From: a virus
Lineage: Duplodnaviria; Caudoviricetes
Length of the DNA stretch: 55,456 nucleotides
IMG/VR virus record: IMGVR_UViG_3300025674_000051
Location: 1 to 55,456 of that record
Reading direction: 5' to 3' (one strand)
In this document: positions 8,544 to 17,747 of the stretch, one piece after another
Position numbering within the stretch: position 1 is the stretch's first letter
Layout: every line of letters starts with the position of its first letter
Translations under genes and position numbers: made by a program
Notes under the pieces: generated by a model
Databases searched by the model: none
What the model was told of the DNA's origin: nothing
Seen by the model: the letters and a program-made list of their open reading frames with translations, nothing else

Positions 8544-9371
8544 TTACATTTTTACGCAGTTATCCACACGCTTGCCACCTTTCATTTTGGTGCCCATGCG
8601 CTTGTAGCCTTTCCAGCATACTTTGCCGTCTACGCCTTTTTGTTTTTCTTCTGGCAGTGTAGTGTAGCTAGGCTTTCCACACTCACTGCATGTCGACTTT
8701 TTTTCGTTTAAAGCTGCCCATAAACGATCTTTGATAGATGCTGTTTCCACAGCTGGATCTTTTACACGAATTGCTTTCATGTCTTTTTGACGATGCAAGT
8801 CATCACCGCTTGGAAGCATATCCGGTGTGTCCATATATTCTTCTTCTGGCTCGTTAGCATATGCTTCGTCCATATCTCCCATATAATCTTCAATATATTC
8901 TTGAGCCCTCTGCATTATCATGTCAAACTTATCACTGCCGCCATCTTGATCAGCCATAGCATCTGCCATTTCTCCGGCAGCATCCTCTATATTACCTTGT
9001 TTGATTAATGCACCTACTTTAGCAACGTCAGGTTCGCCATAGTACATCATATCTGTATCCATTTCGTCTACAAACTTAGCAATCATTGACGCAACTTTAG
9101 GATCAGCATCTTCTTCAATACTTTCTTCTGGAGCAGGCATCATAGGTGCATCTTGCACATTATTTACACTACCGCTTGTTATTGCTTGCAGTGCCATTAG
9201 CACTTTTGCCATTTGTGCAGTATCGTCTAACTTGATACTGATTTCGCCACCTTGTGCGCCCATGCCGTTATCCATTCCCATTGGAGGACATTCTGCGATT
9301 GCTGATTCCTGCAATGTTTTCTTCTCAACATTGTCGAAACCTTTCAAGATGTTTAACATTGCATTATCCAT
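8544..9371 (-). CDS. Acidic modular hypothetical protein (candidate internal head polyprotein) with C-terminal CxxC and CWKGY...NCV modules
   Basis: SD GGAG; segments separated by LQE/IEE/MDE/LNE/LPE motifs. Confidence 0.75.
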   Translation of the reverse strand: MDNAMLNILKGFDNVEKKTLQESAIAECPPMGMDNGMGAQGGEISIKLDDTAQMAKVLMALQAITSGSVNNVQDAPMMPAPEESIEEDADPKVASMIAKFVDEMDTDMMYYGEPDVAKVGALIKQGNIEDAAGEMADAMADQDGGSDKFDMIMQRAQEYIEDYMGDMDEAYANEPEEEYMDTPDMLPSGDDLHRQKDMKAIRVKDPAVETASIKDRLWAALNEKKSTCSECGKPSYTTLPEEKQKGVDGKVCWKGYKRMGTKMKGGKRVDNCVKM

Positions 9372-9380
9372 AATAATCTC

Positions 9381-9920
9381 CTAGCTTAATACAGCCTTGT
9401 TGTTCATTTTATCATCAGCAGGTGTTTCTGCTTTGTAATCTTTATCGCCATCTTCTTTTTTGGCTTTTTCCAGTTCTTTGAGCAAGTCCATTACTCTTGT
9501 ACTGCCAACATCTGCTTGAGCACTTTCTCCGCCCATGTCTTCTTGTGTTAGCATTGTTTCGTATTCAGTGTCCTCTTTCTTTTCTTGATAAAGTTCTTGA
9601 GGCTCTTCAGGATTTCTTACAATAACATGGCTTGCAGGTACATCACAGCATTGTGCAATATATTCTTGTATTGCATCAGTTGTTGTTGGATATTTTACTT
9701 CTGCATCCCAGTAATACACATCAATATTTTCTAACTGTGGAAAATCTAATGGGCGTTCTTGAATAGGTGTTTTTTTGGCTTTGCTCCAACTTGCAACACT
9801 CCATTTTTCCATGCACTTGCGAATTTGTTCTTCGCATGTTTTACCGTAGTCACCTGCTACTCCAATTTTCCATGCATATGTTCTATGCGATTCTGTTAAT
9901 AACTCTTTAATACTTTTCAT
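9381..9920 (-). CDS. Hypothetical protein with a capsid-targeting-like N-terminus (candidate internal head protein)
   Basis: Begins MKSIKELLTE; preceded by a late promoter and SD AGGA. Confidence 0.75.
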   Translation of the reverse strand: MKSIKELLTESHRTYAWKIGVAGDYGKTCEEQIRKCMEKWSVASWSKAKKTPIQERPLDFPQLENIDVYYWDAEVKYPTTTDAIQEYIAQCCDVPASHVIVRNPEEPQELYQEKKEDTEYETMLTQEDMGGESAQADVGSTRVMDLLKELEKAKKEDGDKDYKAETPADDKMNNKAVLS

Positions 9921-9940
9921 TGTAAGGATCCTATTATATA

Positions 9941-10426
9941 CTATTTATCACTATCGATACCTTTTAGACGTTCTAACAAGCTGTTTCTATCAGTAACTAC
10001 AAACCCTTCTCCGCTAGTAAATCCATCTGTACTGCCAGAATCTTTGTCCATTTTTTCTTTTTTAAGTTGTAGTTCAACCATTTTTAATTTTTTATCTAGT
10101 TTTGCAACTTTGGCATCTAGATTAGTTTTTAACATAGTTCCTGCAACTTCAAATACTCTACCACTATAACGACTTTCGACATTCATACCTAAATCCATTA
10201 GATCCTCGTATGCCTGCATGGCTTTATCAGCAACTTCGTTTAATTCTTTATCAGCAAGTTCACCTAACCCTTTTACTTGAGGTAATGCAGCAGAAATTTT
10301 ATCTAGTTCATTTATGTCTCTAAATGTTTCTTCTACAGATGGCATTGAGACTTTTGAAGTTTTATTTTCTTCTACTATTTTTTTATTTTCTGGTAAATCA
10401 AAAAGATTTTCAAGTTTTTTTGTCAT
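9941..10426 (-). CDS. Terminase small subunit (gp16-like)
   Basis: Helical core with ESRYSGRVFEVAGTMLK and C-terminal FVVTDRNSLL, resembling gp16 motifs as I recall them; near terL. Start probably MTKKLE at 10426. Confidence 0.6.
   Translation of the reverse strand: MTKKLENLFDLPENKKIVEENKTSKVSMPSVEETFRDINELDKISAALPQVKGLGELADKELNEVADKAMQAYEDLMDLGMNVESRYSGRVFEVAGTMLKTNLDAKVAKLDKKLKMVELQLKKEKMDKDSGSTDGFTSGEGFVVTDRNSLLERLKGIDSDK
9942..9949 (-). promoter_or_regulatory. Late promoter GATAAATA
   Basis: Formed by the last codons (GAT AAA TAG) of the upstream gene. Confidence 0.65.
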
Positions 10427-10451
10427 AATAATATCCATTATATGCTAGTAT

Positions 10452-10459
10452 TATTTATC
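10452..10459 (-). promoter_or_regulatory. Late promoter GATAAATA
   Basis: Intergenic match. Confidence 0.7.
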
Positions 10460-10463
10460 TACA

Positions 10464-10898
10464 TTACCTAGTGCCGCTGTGGAAAATATCTTGTTCTGTG
10501 ACTACTCTAAATGTAATTTTGTTTTGTTTGCAATACGAATGTGCTGCTGACCATTTTGCATGATTTAATAATACATGAGCTTTGTTTTTTTGATTGCGGC
10601 CTGCGTTTTCCATAGTCATTTGATTACTAGGTTTTACTTCAATAAGTTCTGCTTTTTGCCTACCATTAGCATCTACATATGCAATAAAAAAATCAGGAAC
10701 ATATATTGTTTGTTTTCCAGTGAATGGATTTCTATATGGTATTTTTATTGCTTCGCTTGCCCATTTAGTAACACTAGGATGTTCATCACAAAACTTCATA
10801 AATGCAAACTCCCAACTACTTCTATAAGTTGGAGTTCTGCCACCTACATACTTTTCAGGATTCTTAATACTATATTTGCCTTGGGCCCATTTTGCCAT
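10464..10898 (-). CDS. Head completion nuclease (gp4-like, PD-(D/E)xK / TnsA-like fold)
   Basis: YRSSWE, WASE, IPY, YVPDF and LIEVKP motifs. Confidence 0.9.
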   Translation of the reverse strand: MAKWAQGKYSIKNPEKYVGGRTPTYRSSWEFAFMKFCDEHPSVTKWASEAIKIPYRNPFTGKQTIYVPDFFIAYVDANGRQKAELIEVKPSNQMTMENAGRNQKNKAHVLLNHAKWSAAHSYCKQNKITFRVVTEQDIFHSGTR

Positions 10899-11263
10899 TA
10901 CTCAATGATATTCCTTTCTTCAAAGGATACATTAACATTGTCTTGTTTAAATCCCAAAACACTTATTTTGTTTCTATTATTATTTAAAATAGCAGTAACT
11001 AATCCTGTCAGTTTTACTTTATCAAGATTTTTTAATGATTCTAGTAAATCAAATACTGGTTTGCCTTCTGCTTTAGCTTGACTTAGTACCAAAGTTCCTG
11101 TACTTATACTAGCTTGTTTATCAAACCCTTTGCTTTCAAAAAAAGAGATTACTGCATCAACATCATTGCTTGAAAAATTTATACTATCTTTTCCATAGTT
11201 AGAAAAAAAACTTTTTGTTTGTCCAGCACTATCTATTTGAGAAATATTTTTTTCGTAACTCAT
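10898..11263 (-). CDS. Hypothetical protein in the tail/head cluster
   Basis: 121 aa; abuts or overlaps both neighbouring genes. Confidence 0.75.
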   Translation of the reverse strand: MSYEKNISQIDSAGQTKSFFSNYGKDSINFSSNDVDAVISFFESKGFDKQASISTGTLVLSQAKAEGKPVFDLLESLKNLDKVKLTGLVTAILNNNRNKISVLGFKQDNVNVSFEERNIIE

Positions 11264-12286
11264 TTAAATAAACCTTTTTATAATAGCAGATGTTATATTT
11301 TGTGCATCTTGATTTTTTGGAAAAATATAGTTTGCAACTGTGTTGCTTATAACATTTTCTACAATATTAGGTGCTTGACCTGGATTAGATAATACATTAG
11401 ATGCATTTACAACCACATTAGATCCAAAAAGTTTTTGGTTTGTAGCTAAACTTTGACTGCCTAATAAAGCATTATCTCTACCATTTATTGAACTTGTTAT
11501 AGTTGCTTGTCCTAAAGGACTAGGAGTTTGATCATATCTATAATCTCCAAATCCTGCAGGTATATTTCCAATATCTGTTCTATTTACATCCATAATAACT
11601 GCTTCGTAACTTATTCTCATTCGATTTGTTGCAAACTCAGATCCTTGACTGTTAACTTCGTCATGATCCCAAGATTCTATAATAGGATTAATCAATGTAA
11701 AACTTGTTGATGTTGGTGTTAAATCGTTTGTATGTAACTGAAAAATTTGAATACTTGTAAAAAAGTTATCTGCCTTGTTAGGACGATCTAATCCAAACTT
11801 ATATCGCATAACTTCGCCATTATCGTATGAGCTATTTAAACCGTTGTTTCTAAGGTATGCAGGATCAGTAACTGGTGGAGATGTGTCAACTCCGTGATTA
11901 GCATCAGAGTAATAATAATCAAAGTATTTTTGAAACAAAAAGTTAGTAAGGTTAGCACTATCATCGTGCCATAACATATTGATTGGATCGTATTGAACAC
12001 CTGTTTGTATAACTTTTTTTCTATTATATTGATTTAGTGTTTCGGTGCGCATTTGATAACCAGGTAAATCACATTGTTTAACTAAAAGATGCATTTCTCT
12101 TTTAGCAACATTATCTAAACCATTTGTTGTTAATATAATATTTTCATTTATATTTAATACAACATGATAAAGATGTTTTAACTTAGGAGACAAACGCATA
12201 TTACCATCAACAAACACACGAGCTGCATGTTGATAATCTCTAAGTGTACTTCCTGTTACATTGTTTGCAAAGTTATATTGAGCCAT
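11264..12286 (-). CDS. Tail tube-like baseplate protein (gp48/gp54-like tube initiator)
   Basis: Tube-fold pattern LVKQCDLPGY...YDPINMLWHDD...FTLINPII...RISYE; follows the tube gene. Confidence 0.65.
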   Translation of the reverse strand: MAQYNFANNVTGSTLRDYQHAARVFVDGNMRLSPKLKHLYHVVLNINENIILTTNGLDNVAKREMHLLVKQCDLPGYQMRTETLNQYNRKKVIQTGVQYDPINMLWHDDSANLTNFLFQKYFDYYYSDANHGVDTSPPVTDPAYLRNNGLNSSYDNGEVMRYKFGLDRPNKADNFFTSIQIFQLHTNDLTPTSTSFTLINPIIESWDHDEVNSQGSEFATNRMRISYEAVIMDVNRTDIGNIPAGFGDYRYDQTPSPLGQATITSSINGRDNALLGSQSLATNQKLFGSNVVVNASNVLSNPGQAPNIVENVISNTVANYIFPKNQDAQNITSAIIKRFI

Positions 12287-12290
12287 ATAG

Positions 12291-12298
12291 TATTTATC
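12291..12298 (-). promoter_or_regulatory. Late promoter GATAAATA
   Basis: GATAAATA-CTAT-ATG. Confidence 0.7.
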
Positions 12299-12322
12299 TT
12301 GTATATTAAATGCGTATAAAAT

Positions 12323-12351
12323 AAAAAAGCAAGGAAAACTCCTTGCTTTTT
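12323..12351 (-). terminator. Rho-independent terminator (bidirectional form) after the tail tube gene
   Basis: AAAAAGCAAGGA-GTTT-TCCTTGCTTTTTT. Confidence 0.85.
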
Positions 12352-12376
12352 ATTATGCCAATAGTTTTTGTAAACC

Positions 12377-12985
12377 TTAGCCGCCGACGCCGGTAACGTT
12401 GTTTGTTAACGGTCCGTCTATTGTGACATCATTTGGGTTTTGGATTGCGTTATCATATTGAATATTTAAAGTGATTGATACAGGATCATTGTTTGCATAT
12501 GCTAAAGTATTATAGTTTACTTCAGTTACATAGCAACCAAAAAGTGCCCAAGTATCTAGTGTTCTTTCTTCAATAGCACCATTACCGCCGTCAAGAATAT
12601 CAATGTCCATTCTAAACTTATAATCTTGTCCTGATACCGGTGCTGCTTGTTCTGCAAAGTCAAACTGTTTTTGTATCTGTGCAGATACAGCAGCTTGAAC
12701 ATTATTTGAAACATCGTCTCTTAAGTTAAGTGTGACAGGATTCCATGTGTGTTTACCTGCTAAGTTAACCTTTGAGTTGTAAATTTCAATTGGCATGTTT
12801 TCAAATGTTAAGTTTGGTCTAGTTACGTCAATAACTTGCTTTGTAAGCTCATAGTTTGGCGGTGTACCTGTACCAAAGTTGATAAGTCTAACACGGAAAC
12901 GATATTGTAGTTTTGGCATTAGTAAGCCTTCGTTACTATTTGCTCCTGCGTTAGGTACTGTAATTTTATTTAAACCTATTGACAT
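12377..12985 (-). CDS. Tail tube protein (gp19-like)
   Basis: RFRV, LAGKHTWNPVTLNLRDD, W.LFGCY and ITLNIQYDNA; directly after the sheath gene; SD AGGAG. Confidence 0.9.
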   Translation of the reverse strand: MSIGLNKITVPNAGANSNEGLLMPKLQYRFRVRLINFGTGTPPNYELTKQVIDVTRPNLTFENMPIEIYNSKVNLAGKHTWNPVTLNLRDDVSNNVQAAVSAQIQKQFDFAEQAAPVSGQDYKFRMDIDILDGGNGAIEERTLDTWALFGCYVTEVNYNTLAYANNDPVSITLNIQYDNAIQNPNDVTIDGPLTNNVTGVGG

Positions 12986-13005
12986 ATTATACTCCTATTC
13001 ACAAG

Positions 13006-13013
13006 TATTTATC
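13006..13013 (-). promoter_or_regulatory. Late promoter GATAAATA for the tube gene
   Basis: Intergenic match followed by an SD-containing leader. Confidence 0.7.
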
Positions 13014-13017
13014 ATAT

Positions 13018-13043
13018 TAGGGGGTTATTTTATAAACCCCCTA
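13018..13043 (-). other. Stem-loop between the sheath and tube genes
   Basis: TAGGGGGTT...AACCCCCTA inverted repeat with no U tract. Confidence 0.5.
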
Positions 13044-13053
13044 TTTAATGATA

Positions 13054-16000
13054 TTATAAACCTGCAATCTCTCCTGTATTTTTAAGGCGAAGCGGAATGT
13101 AAATAAACTCTACTGCCTTAGTTGGTTCGATAGCAATATCTACATATAGTTCGTTTCTATCAATTCTTGCTGGTGTGTTGTTTGTTGTATCACAAACAAC
13201 TAAGAAGTCTTGAATAGCTCTTAAACTTTGTAGTTCTAGCATTAAACTTTCTGTTGCTGCTTTAATCTCATCTCTAGTAAACTTATCATTAGGTTCAAAG
13301 ATATAAGGTTTAGCAAGTTTTTTCAGTTGCGAACGTAAGTAAACAACTAGTCTTGCAACATTAACACGGTCTAATGCACTTGCATTTCTTGCACGAGTTT
13401 TTTGTCCATAAACTACTAAACCTGCGCCGTTTAAGAAAGTAATAGGGTTAACATTGTTTTCATAAAGGATGTTTCTTTGTCCTTCATTTAATGCAATACT
13501 TACAAACTCACCTTCGTTGTTGATATAACCAGTTGCAGTTGCGTTAGTTACGCCACCACGTCTAGTACCTGCTGGTGCAAACCATGGATAAGCAACTTGG
13601 TCATTTAGAGCAATAGTGCGTAGTGCAATGTGCGATGCTGGAACAACAATGTTGTTGCCTGCGTTGTCACTTGTGAATCCACTTGGATAGTAAACACCCA
13701 AATATTCATCACTTGTTACTAGACCATTTTTATCATCTTCTGCTGAAAGATTTTTGTTTGTTGCCCACTCGCTTAGTGATGTTGTATCACTTTTTAGTCT
13801 CATTGGCGAATCGCCTACAACAAATGCTGTCAATCCTCTATCAGTATTTAATGTGATCATTTCACCGATTAGTTCTGGATAACCAGGTGTTGCAATCAAG
13901 TTAAACACATTTCTTTCGTCATCACGGATGTCGTCATTGTTATTAACTGCTGCCTGTAGTCCTTGTACAACAACTTTACGTTGTGCATTACGTCCAAAGC
14001 TACCTGAACCATCTAGGTTGTTTGCACTTTCTGTAACCCAACGGTTTGCAAAGTATCCTGCCATTGATTCATCGCTGGCACGAGCATTAGTATCATCAAC
14101 ATCAATGTAGTTACGCTCATAACGTTTAACATTAAATCCACTTCTACGTGTGTTCCATAGCAGCATACCTTTTGGATATAGTGCTGGATCTGGAGCATCT
14201 GGATCTAAGTAGTTGCTTGATAGTAGATCTGCAATATCACCTGCGTCTTCACTGTTTGCACCTGCTGTGTTGTAACGTGCATCTGCAAATAGTACACCAT
14301 TTTCGGTTGTTTGATCTGTTTTATCTAGCAATACCCATTTGCTACTAGTACCGTTGTATCTGTAAACAGCTGGATAGTTTTCTAAATCTGCTGTGCTTAC
14401 CCAAACATCTCCATCAACAAGTCCTGATTTATCTGACTGCTCAGTTGGTTCACTTGCACTTACAATAGGACCTGCTGGATCTGCGTCAGTGTATTCATTT
14501 TTCAAACCAACCCATGTTGTACCATTATGTACCATGATGTCTACTTCATCAACAACACTGCTATACCATAGAGCGCCTTGTGCTGGGGTAGTTGTTGGCT
14601 CGCCATCTTTTGCTGTATATGATAATACATCCCAGTTACTTGCCATATATTCTAATGGAGTACTACTTGAGTCTGTGCCTGGCTTATAATAAAGATTTTT
14701 TGTGCTTGCTGTATTAGTAGCCACGTAAGGAGTAAAGATAGTGCCAAAAGATCCGTCAGTATCTGTAATACGAATATCTCCTCCTGTATTATGACTTACT
14801 ACAACACGATTATCACTTGAAACGCTTGCACGTACATTTGTTAATCCAGTTGCGTTAATAGCACTTGCCATTGCTTCTGCATCAGATGCATTTCCTGTTG
14901 CTGTCCATGAAACAGTTGCATTAGTAAACGCTGCGCTGTTTACACGGGTTTCTTGTAAAGTAAACGTATAAGTAGCAGCACCAAATTTACCTGTACCTAC
15001 AACAGAACTAGTAACTGTAGTTGCACCTGCATTTGCACGTCTGTACAACTTAAAGTTTGCTAGTTTATCTGTTGCTTCAGATGTATTTGGCATTGTATAA
15101 ACAGTACCAACTGCAATGTTTAATCCGCCTCCGGTGCTATCTAATCCATAAATTGCATCAGCATTTGTATTGTAGATTGGTGCATCTACTTCTGACCACT
15201 CATCTGATGTTGCATTGTAAGTTTTAACAAGAATGTTTGCACCATTGTTTGGTGTGCTTGTTTTAAACCATACACTACCTGTTGGGCGTGGCGTTGTATC
15301 TGATGATTTCCATTCTGGAACAGATGTATGCTTTGCTATAGCAAGTTGAGGAACAGCACGTTCTGTACCGTCTGCAGGTAATCCTAATGCATTTAATGTT
15401 GCATCATCGCCGTAAATAGCAACAGTACCTGAAGCAGCACCTGTATAAAATATGTGTAGGAATCCACTAACTGCCTCGGCTGTTAATCCAGAAATACCAG
15501 AGGCATTAATATCGTTTACTACTGTTGTTAATGTAGTACCACTCATTGTGATATCTACTTGGTCGCCTGTGCTATCTCCGCCTAAATCTACAGTGATAAC
15601 TTTTCCTGAAGTAACAGTTGGATTGTTAACAGTACCTTTTAAAAACGGATGACTTGCTACCCAATCTGGTGAACCAACATTTACCCAAGTACCTGATGAG
15701 TTTTTATACCATAATGTATTAGTTGTTGTTACTGCAACTAGGGCGTAATCTCCATTAATACCAACAGAACCCTTTGGAGTGTAATCTTCGCCTGCATAAT
15801 CAACAACTTTTGTTGTGTCTGTTATTACAATAGGTTCTTTATTAGTAAATGATTGTCCACCTGTTGTAGATGCAGCTTCGCCGTTCCATTCAAAAATACC
15901 ATAGTTTGAATCATTAGTATCAAACCAATAAGCACCATCGAGTGGTTTTCCTGCTGTAGGTGTTGAACTTGCAGTAATAGCATTTAAATCAATATCTGCT

Positions 16001-16335
16001 CTAACTACATATGCTCTATTTGCAACACCTAAATAACTATATGCTGCTTGTAAACCATATTCGTTTTGTTCGCCCCCATTAATAGAGTTGTTATTAGCAT
16101 CTGTATAAAATAGTGGATCACCAAAAGTTTCTGCAAGCTCTCTTTGTGAACTCATCACATAAACTTTACCTGCATTGGCTTTTGTTGTACCAGGCGCTAT
16201 ACCCGTACCGCCTGGATTTGTTTTGTTTTCCTTTGTAGCTACAAAGATAAGCGGTGTTGTGCCTGGTTCAGCTGGAGTGTAAAAACTCTCGTCAATAACC
16301 GAAACCTGAACACCTGGTGATGTTAATCCTGCCAT
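13054..16335 (-). CDS. Contractile tail sheath protein (gp18-like), enlarged to 1093 aa
   Basis: N-terminal SPGVQVSVIDES; C-terminal PWFAPAGTRRG, NPI, GQKT, ALDRVNVARL, FEPND and PTKAVEFIYI. Confidence 0.95.
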   Translation of the reverse strand: MAGLTSPGVQVSVIDESFYTPAEPGTTPLIFVATKENKTNPGGTGIAPGTTKANAGKVYVMSSQRELAETFGDPLFYTDANNNSINGGEQNEYGLQAAYSYLGVANRAYVVRADIDLNAITASSTPTAGKPLDGAYWFDTNDSNYGIFEWNGEAASTTGGQSFTNKEPIVITDTTKVVDYAGEDYTPKGSVGINGDYALVAVTTTNTLWYKNSSGTWVNVGSPDWVASHPFLKGTVNNPTVTSGKVITVDLGGDSTGDQVDITMSGTTLTTVVNDINASGISGLTAEAVSGFLHIFYTGAASGTVAIYGDDATLNALGLPADGTERAVPQLAIAKHTSVPEWKSSDTTPRPTGSVWFKTSTPNNGANILVKTYNATSDEWSEVDAPIYNTNADAIYGLDSTGGGLNIAVGTVYTMPNTSEATDKLANFKLYRRANAGATTVTSSVVGTGKFGAATYTFTLQETRVNSAAFTNATVSWTATGNASDAEAMASAINATGLTNVRASVSSDNRVVVSHNTGGDIRITDTDGSFGTIFTPYVATNTASTKNLYYKPGTDSSSTPLEYMASNWDVLSYTAKDGEPTTTPAQGALWYSSVVDEVDIMVHNGTTWVGLKNEYTDADPAGPIVSASEPTEQSDKSGLVDGDVWVSTADLENYPAVYRYNGTSSKWVLLDKTDQTTENGVLFADARYNTAGANSEDAGDIADLLSSNYLDPDAPDPALYPKGMLLWNTRRSGFNVKRYERNYIDVDDTNARASDESMAGYFANRWVTESANNLDGSGSFGRNAQRKVVVQGLQAAVNNNDDIRDDERNVFNLIATPGYPELIGEMITLNTDRGLTAFVVGDSPMRLKSDTTSLSEWATNKNLSAEDDKNGLVTSDEYLGVYYPSGFTSDNAGNNIVVPASHIALRTIALNDQVAYPWFAPAGTRRGGVTNATATGYINNEGEFVSIALNEGQRNILYENNVNPITFLNGAGLVVYGQKTRARNASALDRVNVARLVVYLRSQLKKLAKPYIFEPNDKFTRDEIKAATESLMLELQSLRAIQDFLVVCDTTNNTPARIDRNELYVDIAIEPTKAVEFIYIPLRLKNTGEIAGL

Positions 16336-16366
16336 ATTTTTCTCCTTAGGATTATAATTATATTAA

Positions 16367-16374
16367 TATTTAGC
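16367..16374 (-). promoter_or_regulatory. Late promoter GCTAAATA for the sheath gene
   Basis: Upstream of SD AAGGAG; a small hairpin (16384-16402) lies just upstream. Confidence 0.65.
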
Positions 16375-16406
16375 AGGTATTGATAAAAACCACCGGTTTT
16401 TAGCGG

Positions 16407-16916
16407 TTATATACGTCTATTATGTAGAAAAAATATTAAATCATTTGTCCAAAATTCTAAGTCTGCTAATGTTCCATTATTATCTATATAATAATCAGCC
16501 ATCCAAGGTTCTATACTCATAGAGTCTTTTGATTCAGGCGGCAAATAATCACTACGATCTACCCAAATAGCATAGTCAAATACACCTGTATTTTTCATTG
16601 CAAAAAATTCACGTTTATTTCGCAAGCCGCAATAGATATCGTGTGCTTTGAAAATTTCTCTACCTAGTTTTGCAGCATCAGGATAGTTATAATCACAAAT
16701 AGCATTATACCATTCTGCTCTATGATTGTGCCTGTCGTTATAACATTCTTCTTCTGAAGTGTAGTTATATTTCTTTTTCAACATATCATAGATAAAAAGT
16801 TTAGAGCAAAATGCACTACTACTTTCAAAACTATATCCGTGTTTATCTCTTAATATTTCGCAGAGGGTATCTTTACCGTGTCTGCCATGTCCAACAACTA
16901 ATAACTTTTTTCGCAT
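16407..16916 (-). CDS. Deoxynucleoside monophosphate kinase (gp1-like P-loop kinase)
   Basis: N-terminal GHGRHGKDT, GLRNKRE and C-terminal IDNNGTL. Confidence 0.75.
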   Translation of the reverse strand: MRKKLLVVGHGRHGKDTLCEILRDKHGYSFESSSAFCSKLFIYDMLKKKYNYTSEEECYNDRHNHRAEWYNAICDYNYPDAAKLGREIFKAHDIYCGLRNKREFFAMKNTGVFDYAIWVDRSDYLPPESKDSMSIEPWMADYYIDNNGTLADLEFWTNDLIFFLHNRRI

Positions 16917-16921
16917 AAGTT

Positions 16922-16950
16922 ATATTACATTGATTGCATATATTTGTCAA
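16922..16950 (-). promoter_or_regulatory. Sigma70-type promoter TTGACA-17-TAATAT, 5 nt before the ATG
   Basis: TTGACA AATATATGCAATCAATG TAATAT AACTT ATG; no SD. Confidence 0.7.
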
Positions 16951-17711
16951 CCTATTGTAAATGCATATCCTGTGCCACCTGGAACTGCTAGTGCAACTTC
17001 TGCTTCTAGTTTTTCCATTTCAGACTGGGCTTCTGCTTTAAGACTCGCTCCATTAAGGCTAGTACCGCCTTGAGGACCTGCGATAGTAGCGAACTTTTCA
17101 CGTGCCTCTCCTAACATATATTTGCAGGCAGCAAGAGTGTAATCTTTTATCCACTGCTTTGCAATGTAATCTTTTAACAATTCACTGTCGGGTCTGTAGT
17201 TATAGCATTCTAATAGCACTTCTTCACCACCACGTGGACGTTGTAAAATAGTAAGTTTTTTTGTAGTTGAGTTCCATGTAAATTCTATAAAACTACCAAA
17301 CATTCTACCAACTAGTTCTTGCTGTTGGGCAAAAAGTTCATATGTAGCAAGACCTCCCATGCCTGAACCTGCTAGTAGATATGTATTTGTATAAGCTAAG
17401 TTAAATGGTTCATATAATGTGCCTCCGTCACCGCCGCCACTACGTGAACCAACGCTTCTACGAAATATCTGATTTACTTCTACAACTTCGTTTGGTAATG
17501 TGTATTCATTGGTATCTTCAACTAGTATTAAGCTAACATAACTTTCTTCAACACTATGATCACTACGCATTCTAAATCTAGTTAATGCTTTAGTTAATCC
17601 AGTTTCATAATGTATTGGATCAAGTTCGACATCAACCATGCCTCCGCCTAAAAATGCGTGTACATAATCAAATACTTCTTGTTTTTGGGTAACTAAGTTA
17701 TTATCTGCCAT
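16947..17711 (-). CDS. Neck protein / head-tail adaptor (gp13-like)
   Basis: LGGGMVDVELD, WIKDYTLA, KF..IAGPQGG.SLNG and a F.IG C-terminus. Confidence 0.85.
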   Translation of the reverse strand: MADNNLVTQKQEVFDYVHAFLGGGMVDVELDPIHYETGLTKALTRFRMRSDHSVEESYVSLILVEDTNEYTLPNEVVEVNQIFRRSVGSRSGGGDGGTLYEPFNLAYTNTYLLAGSGMGGLATYELFAQQQELVGRMFGSFIEFTWNSTTKKLTILQRPRGGEEVLLECYNYRPDSELLKDYIAKQWIKDYTLAACKYMLGEAREKFATIAGPQGGTSLNGASLKAEAQSEMEKLEAEVALAVPGGTGYAFTIG

Positions 17712-17727
17712 TTTTTATCTCCATTTG

Positions 17728-17742
17728 TATTTATGCTAAATA
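17728..17742. promoter_or_regulatory. Back-to-back divergent late promoters (minus CATAAATA 17735-17728; plus GCTAAATA 17735-17742)
   Basis: TATTTATGCTAAATA lies in the 36-bp gap between divergent gp13 and gp14. Confidence 0.75.
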
Positions 17743-17747
17743 TACAT

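Noticed and set aside
10464-10898. TnsA-like transposase / Tn7 element
   Set aside because: The motifs and morphogenesis context fit T4 gp4 head completion nuclease; there are no other tns genes or transposon ends.
233-15652. Short plus-strand ORFs opposite the enzyme, terminase, gp4 and sheath genes (e.g. 10575..11081)
   Set aside because: Each lies fully antisense to well-supported minus-strand genes and has no recognisable motif.
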